Source: an uncultured Clostridia bacterium
Lineage (GTDB): Bacteria > Bacillota > Clostridia > TANB77 > CAG-508
Assembly (NCBI GenBank): GCA_948678575.1
Contig: CAPPGO010000004.1
Location: 44,895-108,894, forward strand
DNA: 64,000 nt
Direction of reading: 5' to 3'
Positions 29,366-40,066 of the stretch are shown here, piece by piece. How positions within the stretch are numbered: position 1 is the first letter of the stretch; each line of letters starts with the position of its first letter. Below the pieces are notes generated by a model that saw only the letters and a list, made by a program, of their open reading frames with translations, was not told where the DNA came from and did not search any database. A program made the translations under genes and the position numbers.

Positions 29366-31798
29366 CTATGATTCTGTCTTTACAAAAATTTCATTATTCT
29401 CAGCAGAAATTATCAATTTCTTACTATCTTTGGATAATCCATCTAATATACTTTCTGCCAATTTATCTTCAATATAATTTTGTATGGTGCGTTTTAATGG
29501 TCTTGCTCCAAAATTCTCATCTATACCATGATCAAGTATAAAATCTTTTGCAGATTGTTTCACATCTAATGAAACATTTTGTCTCAACATTTTTTCTTTC
29601 ACACCATCTAACATTATATCAATAATATTTTCAATATTATTTCTAGTTAATTTATGAAAAACAATAATTTCGTCAATTCTATTTATAAATTCAGGTTTTA
29701 ACATTTGTTTTACTTCTTGCATAACATCTTTTTTTATATTTTCATATTCTTCATTACTATTAGAAACTCCAAATCCCATTGTTTTTTTATCTGTTATATT
29801 TCTAGCACCAATATTCGAAGTCATAATGATAACAGTATTTTTAAAATTTACTACTCTTCCTTGGCTATCTGTTAATCGACCATCATCTAAAATCTGTAAA
29901 AGCAAATTCATAACATCTGGATGTGCCTTTTCAATTTCATCAAATAAAATTACTGAATACAATTTTTTGCGTACTTGTTCAGTAAGCCCACCAGCTTCCT
30001 CATATCCAACATATCCTGGTGGTGAACCTATCAATTTTGAAACTGAATGTTGTTCCATAAACTCAGACATATCAACTCTTATCATAGAACTTTCACTGCC
30101 AAAAAGACTTTCTGCCAAAGCTTTTGTAAGTTCTGTTTTTCCCACTCCAGTTGGACCTAAAAACAAAAATGAACCTATTGGTCTATTGGGATCTTTCAAA
30201 CCTACTCTACTTCTTCGTATAGCTCTTGCAACAGCAGATACTGCCTCATCTTGTCCAATCACTCTTTTATGCAATTCGTTTTCTAAATTTTTAAGTTTTT
30301 CAGTTTCACTTTCACTAATTTTTGATAATGGAATACCTGTCCAATTCGATACAATAATAGCTACATCTTCTTTTTCAATATTTATAACTTTATTAGTTCT
30401 AGCATCTCTCCATTTTTCACTTTCTATTTCTAGTTTTTTAGATAGTTCTTTTTCTTTATCTCTAAGTTTAGCAGCTTTTTCAAAATCTTGTACATTTATT
30501 GCATCTTCTTTTTCTCTTATTGTTTTTTCAAATTTATCTTCAAGTTTTTTTATATTATCTGGTTCTACATATGTTTTCAATCTCGATTTTACAGAAGCCT
30601 CATCTATCAAATCTATTGCTTTATCTGGCAAATATCTATCATTTATGTATTTGCTCGAAAGTTCAACTGCTGCTTTAATTGCATCGTCTGTTATTTTTAC
30701 ATTATGATGAGCTTCATATTTATCTCTAATTCCTTTTAATATTTTCTCTGCTTCTTCTATTGATGGTTCTTGAATTTGAACTGGTTGAAATCTTCTTTCT
30801 AATGCACTATCTCTTTCTATATATTTTCTATATTCTTTCGAAGTAGTAGCACCTACCAATTGAATTTCTCTTCTAGCAAGCATTGGTTTTAAAATATTAG
30901 CAGCATCAATTGCACCATCAGCAGCACCAGCACCAACAATTGTATGAATTTCATCTATAAATAATATAATATCTTTTGCCTTTTTTACTTCCCCTAATGC
31001 TTTTTTTATTCTCTCTTCAAAATCACCTCTATATTTAGCACCTGCCACCATACTACTAACATCTAATGTAACTACTCTTTTATTTTTTAAATTTTCTGGA
31101 ACATTGCCTGAAACTATTTTTTGTGCTAAGCCTTCAATAACTGCTGTCTTTCCAACACCTGGTTCTCCTAGTAAACATGGATTATTTTTCGTTCTTCTAG
31201 ATAAAATTTCTATAACTCTTTCTGTTTCCTCATTTCTTCCTATTACTGGATCTAGTTTTCCTTCCATAGCTTGAATACTTAAATCCGTTCCAAATTGATT
31301 TAAAGTTTGAGTATTATTATAACTTCCTTTTGTAGTTTTCAAATTGCCATTACTAATACTTTCATAATCATTTAAAACTCTAACTATTTCATTATATACA
31401 TCTTCAATTCGTATTCCCAAATCTAGCATTATTCTAACTGCAATGCTATCTCCTTCTTTCATAATTCCTATTAATATATGCTCTGTTCCTATGTAATCAG
31501 AGCCTAATTTTTTTGCTTCCATAAAAGCATTTTCAAGTATTTTCTTTGTTCTTGGAGTAAAACCTAATACTGCATTTTTAGAAATTTCTGTGCTTCCTAT
31601 TAAAGCTTCAATTTTTTCTAATACATCTTCTGGAATTACATTTTGATTTTCTAAAACTTTACTAGCAACGCCTGTACCTTCTGCAATAAGTCCATACAAA
31701 AGATGTTCTGTTCCAATATAACTGTGACCCATATCTTCTGCCAAATCATTTGCAATTTTAAGTACATTTTCACTGCTTTTTGTAAACTTATATGTCAT
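29366..31798 (-). CDS. clpC: ATP-dependent Clp protease ATP-binding subunit ClpC
   Basis: 810 aa; Clp_N repeats, two AAA+ modules (GEPGVGKTA, GPTGVGKTE), UVR-like linker. Confidence 0.9.
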   Translation of the reverse strand: MTYKFTKSSENVLKIANDLAEDMGHSYIGTEHLLYGLIAEGTGVASKVLENQNVIPEDVLEKIEALIGSTEISKNAVLGFTPRTKKILENAFMEAKKLGSDYIGTEHILIGIMKEGDSIAVRIMLDLGIRIEDVYNEIVRVLNDYESISNGNLKTTKGSYNNTQTLNQFGTDLSIQAMEGKLDPVIGRNEETERVIEILSRRTKNNPCLLGEPGVGKTAVIEGLAQKIVSGNVPENLKNKRVVTLDVSSMVAGAKYRGDFEERIKKALGEVKKAKDIILFIDEIHTIVGAGAADGAIDAANILKPMLARREIQLVGATTSKEYRKYIERDSALERRFQPVQIQEPSIEEAEKILKGIRDKYEAHHNVKITDDAIKAAVELSSKYINDRYLPDKAIDLIDEASVKSRLKTYVEPDNIKKLEDKFEKTIREKEDAINVQDFEKAAKLRDKEKELSKKLEIESEKWRDARTNKVINIEKEDVAIIVSNWTGIPLSKISESETEKLKNLENELHKRVIGQDEAVSAVARAIRRSRVGLKDPNRPIGSFLFLGPTGVGKTELTKALAESLFGSESSMIRVDMSEFMEQHSVSKLIGSPPGYVGYEEAGGLTEQVRKKLYSVILFDEIEKAHPDVMNLLLQILDDGRLTDSQGRVVNFKNTVIIMTSNIGARNITDKKTMGFGVSNSNEEYENIKKDVMQEVKQMLKPEFINRIDEIIVFHKLTRNNIENIIDIMLDGVKEKMLRQNVSLDVKQSAKDFILDHGIDENFGARPLKRTIQNYIEDKLAESILDGLSKDSKKLIISAENNEIFVKTES

Positions 31799-31876
31799 AA
31801 TTTTATCTCCTTAATATTATTTTCATTTAAGTTTACCCAAAATTTGGAAAAAATATTCATATAAAAACGAGTAGCT

Positions 31877-32341
31877 TTAACTTACTACTCGTTTCATTGA
31901 TTTATAATTTTTTAAAAATACTCTTCCTCTTTTTACAATATCCATATACATAATAAGAGTATATTCTGTTTTTCCTAAAATATAATTAACTTGTGCTTTC
32001 AATTCTCCTTTTTTGTAATCAAGTATTTCTACACTATCTGGAATTTCATTTCTAAATTCATCTAGTTTATAATCATTTTTAGCCTTTTCTTGAATTCTAT
32101 GTGTGTATCTATTTGATTCTTGATTATCTAATAACATATCAGATATTTTTTCTATCTCAACTTTAAGAAAATCTATATCTTTTTCTGGATAATCATTTTT
32201 AAAATTATTTAAGTTTTCTTTATCTAGTACACTTCTATCTTCGTATTTTATTTTATATCTTCCCATATCCGTTTGATACAAAATAAAAGCTAATGCTGTT
32301 AATATACTTGTTAATATAACTATAAAAATAAGCAATTGCAT
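31877..32341 (-). CDS. hypothetical membrane-anchored protein
   Basis: 154 aa, N-terminal TM; terminator hairpin AACGAGTAG/CTACTCGTT downstream. Confidence 0.45.
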   Translation of the reverse strand: MQLLIFIVILTSILTALAFILYQTDMGRYKIKYEDRSVLDKENLNNFKNDYPEKDIDFLKVEIEKISDMLLDNQESNRYTHRIQEKAKNDYKLDEFRNEIPDSVEILDYKKGELKAQVNYILGKTEYTLIMYMDIVKRGRVFLKNYKSMKRVVS

Positions 32342-32412
32342 ACATTTCCTCTTTTGATTTATATTTTACTTAAAATATTTTATCAAATAGAATTTTTATT
32401 TACAATACTTTT

Positions 32413-33777
32413 TTAAATTTTTGGCAATCTAATCGTAAAAATTGTTCCTTTTGGAATATTGTGACTTGCTTTTATATTTCCATTATGAGCTTTAACTATT
32501 GTATCTGCTATTGAAAGACCTAAGCCACTTCCACCAGTTTCTCTATTGCGAGCTGCATCTTCTCTATAAAATCTGTTAAAAATTTCTTTTAATCCTTTAT
32601 CACTTATTCCTATACCAGTATCTCGCACTTCTATATTACACTTTCCATCTTTTATAAAGCTTGCAATTTCAATTGTGTCTCCACTTTCTGTATATTTTAG
32701 TGCATTGTCTAACAAAATAATTAAAAGTTGTTGAATTTTATTTACATCAATTTCTAAGTCTTTTTCATATTTTAAATCAAATTTTATTTCTTTTTCTGAC
32801 AAACTTGCTATTTCAATATAAGGTTTCGCCGTGTTTTCAATAAGTTCATCAACATTGACAATTTCTTTATCTAATACAAGTTTATTTGATGAAGCAAGAA
32901 GCATAAGATCTTTTGTAAGTTTCGTAAGTCGTTTAGTTTCATTTAAAGTTAAAGCAATATCTTCTGTTTTATCTATTATCTTGCTATTTGGTTCTGTAAG
33001 TAAAAGTTCTTGCTTAGCTTGTATTATCGTAAGTGGAGTTCTAAGCTCATGAGATGCATTTTGAACAAATTCACTTTGTTTTTCAAAAGCAATTGCAATT
33101 GGTACTAGTGTTTTTCTAGATAATATATAACTTGCCAAAATTGAAAGTAATATTCCTACAACTACACTATTTATTATAAGATTTTCAAAATTATCTACTA
33201 ATATCTTTTCGCTATCTGCATTAAGTAAAATTTGTATATATCTAATATTTTTAACATTTTGACTATCTAATTTTACATTTATAGCTCTATAATGAATCTC
33301 TGTTGATAAATCTAAATCATATACTCTGTCTAAATTAGCTTCATCAAAAGAAATAAGCATATCATTTTCTTCGTAGTATAAACTTAAATCTTCTTTATTT
33401 AAAACGTGCCCATCATTATCTCTTATTATAACTGTATATTTAGGATTATTAACTTTTCTTGATAAATTATAATCCCTTATCTCTCTAACCTCTTCTTCAA
33501 ATAATTCAAAATTTGAATACTTATCTTTTAAGAAATAATCAGATATACTTTTCATTTTCTTTTCATCTTCAATAAAAATTTTAGCTGTATTTATTAGTTC
33601 CTGATCAATAGAACTATATGTAATGTATTTAAAAGTAAAGGCTATAATCATTCCAAATACAGAAAAAATTAATGCAAAAGCTACTAAATTATAAAACATA
33701 TGAATTAATAACTGTTTTCTTAAAGTATCTTGCTCCTTCATTTTTTCACTCCTAGTCTGACCAAATATATCCAACAC
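32413..33777 (-). CDS. sensor histidine kinase
   Basis: 454 aa; two TM segments, H-box NASHELRTPLT, HATPase region GGSGLGLSI. Confidence 0.8.
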   Translation of the reverse strand: MLDIFGQTRSEKMKEQDTLRKQLLIHMFYNLVAFALIFSVFGMIIAFTFKYITYSSIDQELINTAKIFIEDEKKMKSISDYFLKDKYSNFELFEEEVREIRDYNLSRKVNNPKYTVIIRDNDGHVLNKEDLSLYYEENDMLISFDEANLDRVYDLDLSTEIHYRAINVKLDSQNVKNIRYIQILLNADSEKILVDNFENLIINSVVVGILLSILASYILSRKTLVPIAIAFEKQSEFVQNASHELRTPLTIIQAKQELLLTEPNSKIIDKTEDIALTLNETKRLTKLTKDLMLLASSNKLVLDKEIVNVDELIENTAKPYIEIASLSEKEIKFDLKYEKDLEIDVNKIQQLLIILLDNALKYTESGDTIEIASFIKDGKCNIEVRDTGIGISDKGLKEIFNRFYREDAARNRETGGSGLGLSIADTIVKAHNGNIKASHNIPKGTIFTIRLPKI

Positions 33778-34420
33778 CTCTAATAGTTTTTAAATATTTA
33801 TCATATCCACTTTTTTTAAGTTCTTTACGAATTCCACTAGCATACACTTCAATAACATTTGTAGTTGTTTCAGAATCAAAGCCCCAAATTTTATCAAAAA
33901 TTTGATCTTTGGTAATTATTGTATTCTTTGAATTTATCAAATAATTAAGCATGTCAAATTGCTTTCCTTGAAGCATAACTTCTTCATCATTTATTTTAAT
34001 TGTTCTACTGCTTAAATCTATTATCATATCTTTGTATTGTAAAATATTTTCAGTATAATTTCCTATTGTTCTTCGTATAATTGCTTCTACCCTTGCTATT
34101 AATTCTTCTCTATTAAAAGGTTTAACTAAATAATCATCTGCTCCACTTTTTAATCCTTGAACCTTGTCTGCCACATCTCCTTTGGCTGTTAAAATTAAAA
34201 CTGGCGTATATATTTTAGATTTTCTAAGTTCACTTAGAACTTCATATCCATTCATAATTGGCATCATTAAATCTAAAATTATTGCATCATAAATTCCTTG
34301 CTTAGCATACATTAATCCTTCTTCACCATCATATGCTTTGTCTATATCATAATTATAAGACAAGCATTGCTCAATTGTTCTTGCTAATATTTTATCATCT
34401 TCAACTATTAAAATTTTCAT
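33752..34420 (-). CDS. OmpR-family response regulator
   Basis: 222 aa; MKILIVEDD receiver, winged-helix C-terminus. Confidence 0.85.
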   Translation of the reverse strand: MKILIVEDDKILARTIEQCLSYNYDIDKAYDGEEGLMYAKQGIYDAIILDLMMPIMNGYEVLSELRKSKIYTPVLILTAKGDVADKVQGLKSGADDYLVKPFNREELIARVEAIIRRTIGNYTENILQYKDMIIDLSSRTIKINDEEVMLQGKQFDMLNYLINSKNTIITKDQIFDKIWGFDSETTTNVIEVYASGIRKELKKSGYDKYLKTIRGVGYIWSD

Positions 34421-34468
34421 AAGCCTCTCCTTACAATGATATTTTATAGCATATAACTTAAAAATATC

Positions 34469-35824
34469 TTAAATATGTAATATAGCAACTGCAATTTGGA
34501 AGAATAACAATACAGAACAAGTATCTACTATTGTTGTAATAAGTGGTGCTGCCATAATTGCAGGATCTAATTTCAATTTTTTAGCAAGCATTGGTAAAGT
34601 ACAACCTAATGCCTTAGCAAGTGCTACTACACATATAATTGTTATTCCTACTACAAGTGCAAGTTTTGAGTCTTGATATTGTAAAGTAATTCTAATTCCA
34701 TTTGCTATTGCTAAAATAATACCAACAATAATTGAAACTCTAAACTCTTTCCATAAAGCTTTAAAATAATCTTTTGATTTTATTTCATCCATTGCTAAAC
34801 CACGAATAATAAGTGTTGAGCTTTGTGAACCACAATTTCCACCTGTTCCCATAAGCATTGGTATAAAAGCTACAAGAACTGGAACAGCTGAAAAAGCTTC
34901 TTCATAATGAGTTATTATTGAACCTGTTACCATTGATGAAAGCATAAGTACCAAAAGCCATAAAATTCTATTTTTAGCATGTTTAAAAACACTAGTTTTG
35001 AAATATGAATCTTCATTAGGTGTCATAGCAGCCATGATTTCAAAGTCTTCTGATGTCTCTTCTTGCATAACATCAATAGCATCATCAATAGTTACAATAC
35101 CAACTAATCTTTCTTCTTTGTCTACTACTGGTAAAGCATACATATTATATTTGTCAAAAACTTTTGCAACTTCTTCTTGATCTTCCAATGTTGAAACTGT
35201 AATAACATTTGTATCCATTATATCTTTTAATTTAGCATCACGGTCTGCAACTAAAAGTTCTTTTATATCAATTACACCTTTAATTTTTCTATCTATGCTT
35301 AATACATAACAATTATATACAGTCTCTTTTTGTAGTCCTATCTTTTTAATTTTAGCAAAAGCCTCTTCAACAGACATATTTTCTTTTAAATCTATAAACT
35401 CTGTTGTCATTATGCTTCCAGCACTTTCTTCTGGATAGTTTAAAAGTTCATTTACAATCTTTCTGTCTGAATTATCAATATTTTTTAAAATTCTTTTTAC
35501 AACATTTGATGGCATTTCTTCAATTAAGTCTACTGTATCATCCATAAAAAGTTCGTCTATAACATTTTTTAATTCTTTATCTGTAAAAGCATTTATAATT
35601 TTTTCTTGAACATCTGAGTCTAATTCAGTAAAAACTTCTGCTGCTTGCTCTTTCGCAAGTAATCTGTATATAAGTAAAATGTGTTCTTCTTCTAATTCTT
35701 CAAACATACTCGGGAAATCAGCACTATTTACATTTTCTAAATATTTTCTTAAATCATTAAATTTTTTTTCTTCAATAAAATTTAATATTTTTTCAGTTTC
35801 TAATTCTAATTTTTCTTCTTTCAT
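34469..35824 (-). CDS. mgtE: magnesium transporter MgtE
   Basis: 451 aa; MgtE_N, tandem CBS, TM domain with GTGGNCGSQSSTL. Confidence 0.9.
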   Translation of the reverse strand: MKEEKLELETEKILNFIEEKKFNDLRKYLENVNSADFPSMFEELEEEHILLIYRLLAKEQAAEVFTELDSDVQEKIINAFTDKELKNVIDELFMDDTVDLIEEMPSNVVKRILKNIDNSDRKIVNELLNYPEESAGSIMTTEFIDLKENMSVEEAFAKIKKIGLQKETVYNCYVLSIDRKIKGVIDIKELLVADRDAKLKDIMDTNVITVSTLEDQEEVAKVFDKYNMYALPVVDKEERLVGIVTIDDAIDVMQEETSEDFEIMAAMTPNEDSYFKTSVFKHAKNRILWLLVLMLSSMVTGSIITHYEEAFSAVPVLVAFIPMLMGTGGNCGSQSSTLIIRGLAMDEIKSKDYFKALWKEFRVSIIVGIILAIANGIRITLQYQDSKLALVVGITIICVVALAKALGCTLPMLAKKLKLDPAIMAAPLITTIVDTCSVLLFFQIAVAILHI

Positions 35825-35850
35825 ATCTGATTTCCTCCTTTTTATTTTCT

Positions 35851-35902
35851 TAAAAAAAATTCCGCTCTACAATTTTATTTTTTATTCGTTGTAGTAGCGG
35901 AA
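35851..35902 (-). terminator. intrinsic terminator inside the mgtE 5' leader (attenuator-like)
   Basis: Minus-strand RNA UUCCGCUACUACAA-N16-UUGUAGAGCGGAA followed by U8, ending ~26 nt before the mgtE ATG. Confidence 0.5.
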
Positions 35903-35940
35903 TCTTCCACTATTATAGCAAAATATTTATAACCTAATAT

Positions 35941-35969
35941 ATTATACTATGTTACAGCAAAAAAGTCAA
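35941..35969 (-). promoter_or_regulatory. predicted sigma-A promoter of mgtE (TTGACT-17-TATAAT)
   Basis: Reverse complements AGTCAA 35964-35969 and ATTATA 35941-35946. Confidence 0.45.
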
Positions 35970-36047
35970 TCTTTAATGATTTCTTACTGTTTTTATTCAA
36001 TTTTCATTTTATATTCAAAGTAATCTTTCTTTTTCTCTTATTTTCTC

Positions 36048-36968
36048 CTATTTAGTGCATCTTTCTATTATTTCTATTTTATTTTCTTTGTTAGTATCTA
36101 TTCTTGCCTTTATTCCAATAGGAATTATCATTTTTTTATCTGTATGTCCAAAGTTATTTGATTTTATTATAGGAAAATTATAATTTTCACCTAGTACTTC
36201 TAGCACAATCTTTTCTAATGAAATATTATCTTCATGTTCATAAAAACCAACCCATAATCCTTTTATTTTATCAAATACTCCATTTTGTTTCATATAGTGT
36301 AGATTTCCACTACAAATTGCTGGCTCTGATTCAAATCCTAATTCTTCTATAAATAAAATTTTATTTTCAAAATTTAAAGTATATTTTCCAGATGCCATCC
36401 TAGAAATTAAACTTAAATTTCCACCGATTAGTTCTCCTTCTGCCATTCCTTCTTTAATAATATAAGATTTATCATCAATATCAAATAAATCTAAGTTATC
36501 TTCCATAAATCTTTTTATAAACCATTTATAAGCGTAATCTGTTTCCCAAGATGAAAGAGATTTGAATGTAGGTCCACTATATGTTACAAGACCTGTCTTT
36601 TCTGTAATCATATTAGTAATAGATGTAGAATCACTAAAACCACAAATAATTTTAGGATTTTCTTTTATTACGTCATAATCTAAGTAGTCAAAAAGTGAAT
36701 TTGAATTTCCTCCACCTTTTGCTATAAAAATCATTTTATATTCTGAATTTTTAAATCCATTATTTATATCATCTGCCTTTTCTACAACTGTTCCACCATA
36801 ACCTGTGGCATTTGAATATGAATTTTTAGAAAACTCTACTTTTAATCCGACATTTTCTAACATTTTTTTCGATTTTTCTATATATTCTTTATCCTTTTCT
36901 AGCAAGGAATTACTAGCTGAAACTACTAATACTTTATCTCCTTGTTTTAATTTATTTGGAATTAACAT
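36048..36968 (-). CDS. LD-carboxypeptidase (peptidase S66)
   Basis: 306 aa; LKQGDKVLVVSAS ... GFSDSTSI ... GELIGGNLSLI pattern. Confidence 0.75.
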   Translation of the reverse strand: MLIPNKLKQGDKVLVVSASNSLLEKDKEYIEKSKKMLENVGLKVEFSKNSYSNATGYGGTVVEKADDINNGFKNSEYKMIFIAKGGGNSNSLFDYLDYDVIKENPKIICGFSDSTSITNMITEKTGLVTYSGPTFKSLSSWETDYAYKWFIKRFMEDNLDLFDIDDKSYIIKEGMAEGELIGGNLSLISRMASGKYTLNFENKILFIEELGFESEPAICSGNLHYMKQNGVFDKIKGLWVGFYEHEDNISLEKIVLEVLGENYNFPIIKSNNFGHTDKKMIIPIGIKARIDTNKENKIEIIERCTK

Positions 36969-37005
36969 ATTATTGCTCCTTTTCTTTTGTTCTATTTTAT
37001 CATAA

Positions 37006-37968
37006 CTATTCTATGTCCTCAACGCCAGTTGCAATTATTGTTGTAACAATTTTATTTTTTAATTTTGGATCAATTATTGTTCCAAAAATAACTGTTGCGT
37101 TTTCATCTATATCATCTCCGATGCTTGTAAGTGCTGTATTTATATCAATAAGTGAAAGCTCACTCGCACCTGCAATATTAATAATAACACCTCTTGCACC
37201 ATTAATTTTTGTTTCAGAAAGTGCATTATCTACTGCACCTTTAACTGATTCTTTAATAGCATCTTCTCCATCTCTTTCACACATTCCCAAATGTGCCATT
37301 CCTGTATTACTCATAACTGTTTTTATATCATTAAAATCTACATTAACAAGACCAGTAGAATTTAATAAATTAGTAATTCCTACTACACCTTGTTTTAATG
37401 TACTATCAGCTAATTTGAATGCTTCAATAATTGTACTATTTTTTTCTACATTTTTAAGAAGTTTATCATTAGAAATAACAATAAGTGCATCGACATTTTT
37501 CTTCATTTCAGCTATACCTTTTTTAGCTTGATTCATCTTTCTAATACCCTCAAAAATAAAAGGTTTTGTAACAACACCTACTGTTAATATTCCCATTTTT
37601 TTAGCTATTTCTGCAACTACTGGTGCAGCACCAGTTCCAGTGCCTCCACCCATTCCAGCTGTAATAAATAGCATATCTGTATCGTATAATGCTTTTTCAA
37701 TATCATCCATATTTTCTCTGGCAGCCATTTCTCCAATTTCAACAATACCACCTGTACTTAAACCACCAGTAGTTTGTCTACCAATTTGAATAACTCTTCT
37801 TGCCTTTGATAATTTTAAAATTCTAGTTTCAGTATTGATTGCAATAAACTCAACATTTTCAACTTCATCTTCTATCATTCTATTGATTGCATTATTTCCT
37901 GCACCACCAACACCTATTACTTTCATTTTTATAATTTTTTGATTATTGTCAATTATACGTTTTTCCAC
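37006..37968 (-). CDS. FtsZ paralogue lacking the C-terminal linker/tail (320 aa)
   Basis: [15 protein letters not shown], tubulin signature [14 protein letters not shown]7 loop NVDFND; ends right after the globular domain, no DIPxFLR tail. Confidence 0.8.
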   Translation of the reverse strand: MEKRIIDNNQKIIKMKVIGVGGAGNNAINRMIEDEVENVEFIAINTETRILKLSKARRVIQIGRQTTGGLSTGGIVEIGEMAARENMDDIEKALYDTDMLFITAGMGGGTGTGAAPVVAEIAKKMGILTVGVVTKPFIFEGIRKMNQAKKGIAEMKKNVDALIVISNDKLLKNVEKNSTIIEAFKLADSTLKQGVVGITNLLNSTGLVNVDFNDIKTVMSNTGMAHLGMCERDGEDAIKESVKGAVDNALSETKINGARGVIINIAGASELSLIDINTALTSIGDDIDENATVIFGTIIDPKLKNKIVTTIIATGVEDIE

Positions 37969-38126
37969 TAATAATTACCTCTCTTCAAATTTTATAGCTT
38001 TGTTATTATATCATACTTTTTCCAATATGTCACGTAATTATTACAACTTTGTTACATTTTTATTACCTATATTATGTATTTGTATTTTTTGACATATTAT
38101 GCTATAATTTGCAAAGAGGTGTAATT

Positions 38127-38591
38127 ATGAAAATAGGTTTTTATGCAGGAAGCTTTGACCCTTTTACTAATGGTCATTTACATGTAGTAAAAAAGTCAAG
38201 TGAATTATTTGATAAAGTTATAATCGGTATTGGTATTAATTCTAATAAAAATCGTAGATTCAATTCTGAAATAATGAAAATAGCAATTGAAAAAGTATTA
38301 AAGCGAGAAAATCTAACTAATGTTTCTGTCATTACTTATTTTAACCTTTCTATCGATATTGCAAAAGAATTTAATGCAACTTTTTTAATTAGAGGAATTA
38401 GAAATGGTATGGACTACGATTATGAAGAAAATATAGCTTTAATAAATGAAGAATTAGCTGGAATTGACACGATTTATGTTCGCTCTGGAAAATATGGTGC
38501 AATTAGTTCTAGTATGATTGTTGAGTTTTTAAATTATGGTAAAGATGTATCTAATCTTATTCCACAAGAAATTTATGATGTTATAAAATAA
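38127..38591 (+). CDS. coaD: phosphopantetheine adenylyltransferase
   Basis: GAGGTG RBS; MKIGFYAGSFDPFTNGHLHVV. Confidence 0.9.
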   Translation: MKIGFYAGSFDPFTNGHLHVVKKSSELFDKVIIGIGINSNKNRRFNSEIMKIAIEKVLKRENLTNVSVITYFNLSIDIAKEFNATFLIRGIRNGMDYDYEENIALINEELAGIDTIYVRSGKYGAISSSMIVEFLNYGKDVSNLIPQEIYDVIK

Positions 38592-38594
38592 GAA

Positions 38595-38625
38595 AAGCAG
38601 GAAAATAACTTCCTGCTTTATTTAT
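38595..38625. terminator. bidirectional terminator between coaD and dut
   Basis: Stem AAGCAGG / CCTGCTT with 10-nt loop, T-rich tail. Confidence 0.5.
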
Positions 38626-39086
38626 TATTTACTAGTTGAACCAAATCCTCCAACTCTATCTCCTGTTGCTATATCATCATCTGTAATTAAGTATTTTTGG
38701 AAAATTGCTTGTCCAATAATATCTCCTTTTTTAATCTCTATATCTTCATCTTTTATATTGAAAAATGCAAACATTATTGCTCCATCATTATCTAGATTTC
38801 CATAATAATCTTTATCAACTACTCCAACACCATTTGCTAAAACTAAACCTTTTTTTCCTGGGTTTGAACTTCTATTATATAATAATAACATTTCGTCATC
38901 TTCCATGTATGCTTTTATACCTGTTTTTACAAGTGTTGGTTTTTGACCTCTACTAAAAGTTGGAATTACGCAGTCTTCTGCTGCTTCAACATCATATCCA
39001 GCAGAATATTTTGTTTTTCTTATCGGCATATTAATTCCTGCATTTTCAAATCCTTTTGCTATCTCAAATCCTCGTTTTTTATCCAT
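38625..39086 (-). CDS. dut: dUTP diphosphatase
   Basis: 153 aa; AGYDV ... RSSNPGKKGLVLANGVGVVDKDYYG motifs. Confidence 0.85.
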   Translation of the reverse strand: MDKKRGFEIAKGFENAGINMPIRKTKYSAGYDVEAAEDCVIPTFSRGQKPTLVKTGIKAYMEDDEMLLLYNRSSNPGKKGLVLANGVGVVDKDYYGNLDNDGAIMFAFFNIKDEDIEIKKGDIIGQAIFQKYLITDDDIATGDRVGGFGSTSK

Positions 39087-39171
39087 TTTATTTCTCCTTT
39101 TTATTGCTTTTTTCTTATTATATATTCTTAAAATACATTTTGCAAGTTATTTTTATATAATAATAATTATA

Positions 39172-40015
39172 CTATTGGTCTAAAATTTTTTTAATTTTTT
39201 CCATATTTTCTATACCTGCTTTATATCCAGAATTAAAGCAATATTCCGAATTCTCTATATCTAAAAGTCCTGTTCCATCTGTATCTATTGTTATTACTAA
39301 ATCACTATTTAATAAATTCATTTCTGATATCTTATTTCCCATCATATCAACTGTTTTCATTGCAATATCCATAACATTACTAAACTTATCAATTTTATCA
39401 CTATTAAATTTAACAGCTATTACTTTATCTGCACCCAATTTTTTAACTTCATCTACTGGTACATTGTCAAGTATTCCACCATCTAAAAAAATTTTATCTT
39501 GATATTCACATGGATCAAAAACAACTGAAAAACTAGAACTAGCCCTTATAGCTGTTCCTACTTCAATATTACTTATATACTTTTCTGTATCTTCTATTTT
39601 TTGTGAAGTAAATATATATTCCTTTTCATCTACAACATTAGTTGCTGTTATTATTACTGGAAAATCAATATCTTTTACATATTTTATTCCATTTTCATTA
39701 GCTATTTTATTATATAAATTCTCTATTGGTTTGCCACTTCTCAATCCATCCAATTTTAATTTTTTATTGAATAGCAAACTATTTAAAATTATAGAATTTG
39801 AATTTTTACCAATTAAATTATCAGACTCTTTTTCAAATAATTCATATATATCATTAGATTTGTATCCGAATACTCATTAAAAAAGCGATATGGCTACCAG
39901 AGCTAGTTCCGCCAACCATATCTACTTTTATATTATTCTCTTCCAATGATTTTAAAAAACCTGCATGAGCAATTCCTCTCATGCCTCCACCTGACAATGC
40001 TAATCCTAATTTCAT
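39172..40015 (-). pseudogene. patatin-like phospholipase, frame break at in-frame CGG (plus 39866-39868) between the GxSxG segment and the C-terminal part
   Basis: From ATG 40015: [26 protein letters not shown] ... [19 protein letters not shown]-stop; +1 frame continues [21 protein letters not shown] ... into ORF 39172-39777 (DGGILDNVP). Confidence 0.7.
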
Positions 40016-40066
40016 TTTCAAAACACCTCAAAAATATTATCAGCATTTGTAAAAATTTTATACCTA

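Noticed and set aside
31799-31876. CtsR operator upstream of clpC
   Set aside because: No GGTCAAA-N3-GGTCAAA direct repeat present; the hairpin here is the terminator of the upstream gene.
35825-36047. M-box (ykoK) Mg2+ riboswitch upstream of mgtE
   Set aside because: The leader is only ~110 nt, with ~30 nt before the terminator stem. There is no room for the M-box aptamer and no conserved M-box sequence blocks by eye; it was reported instead as an unexplained leader terminator.
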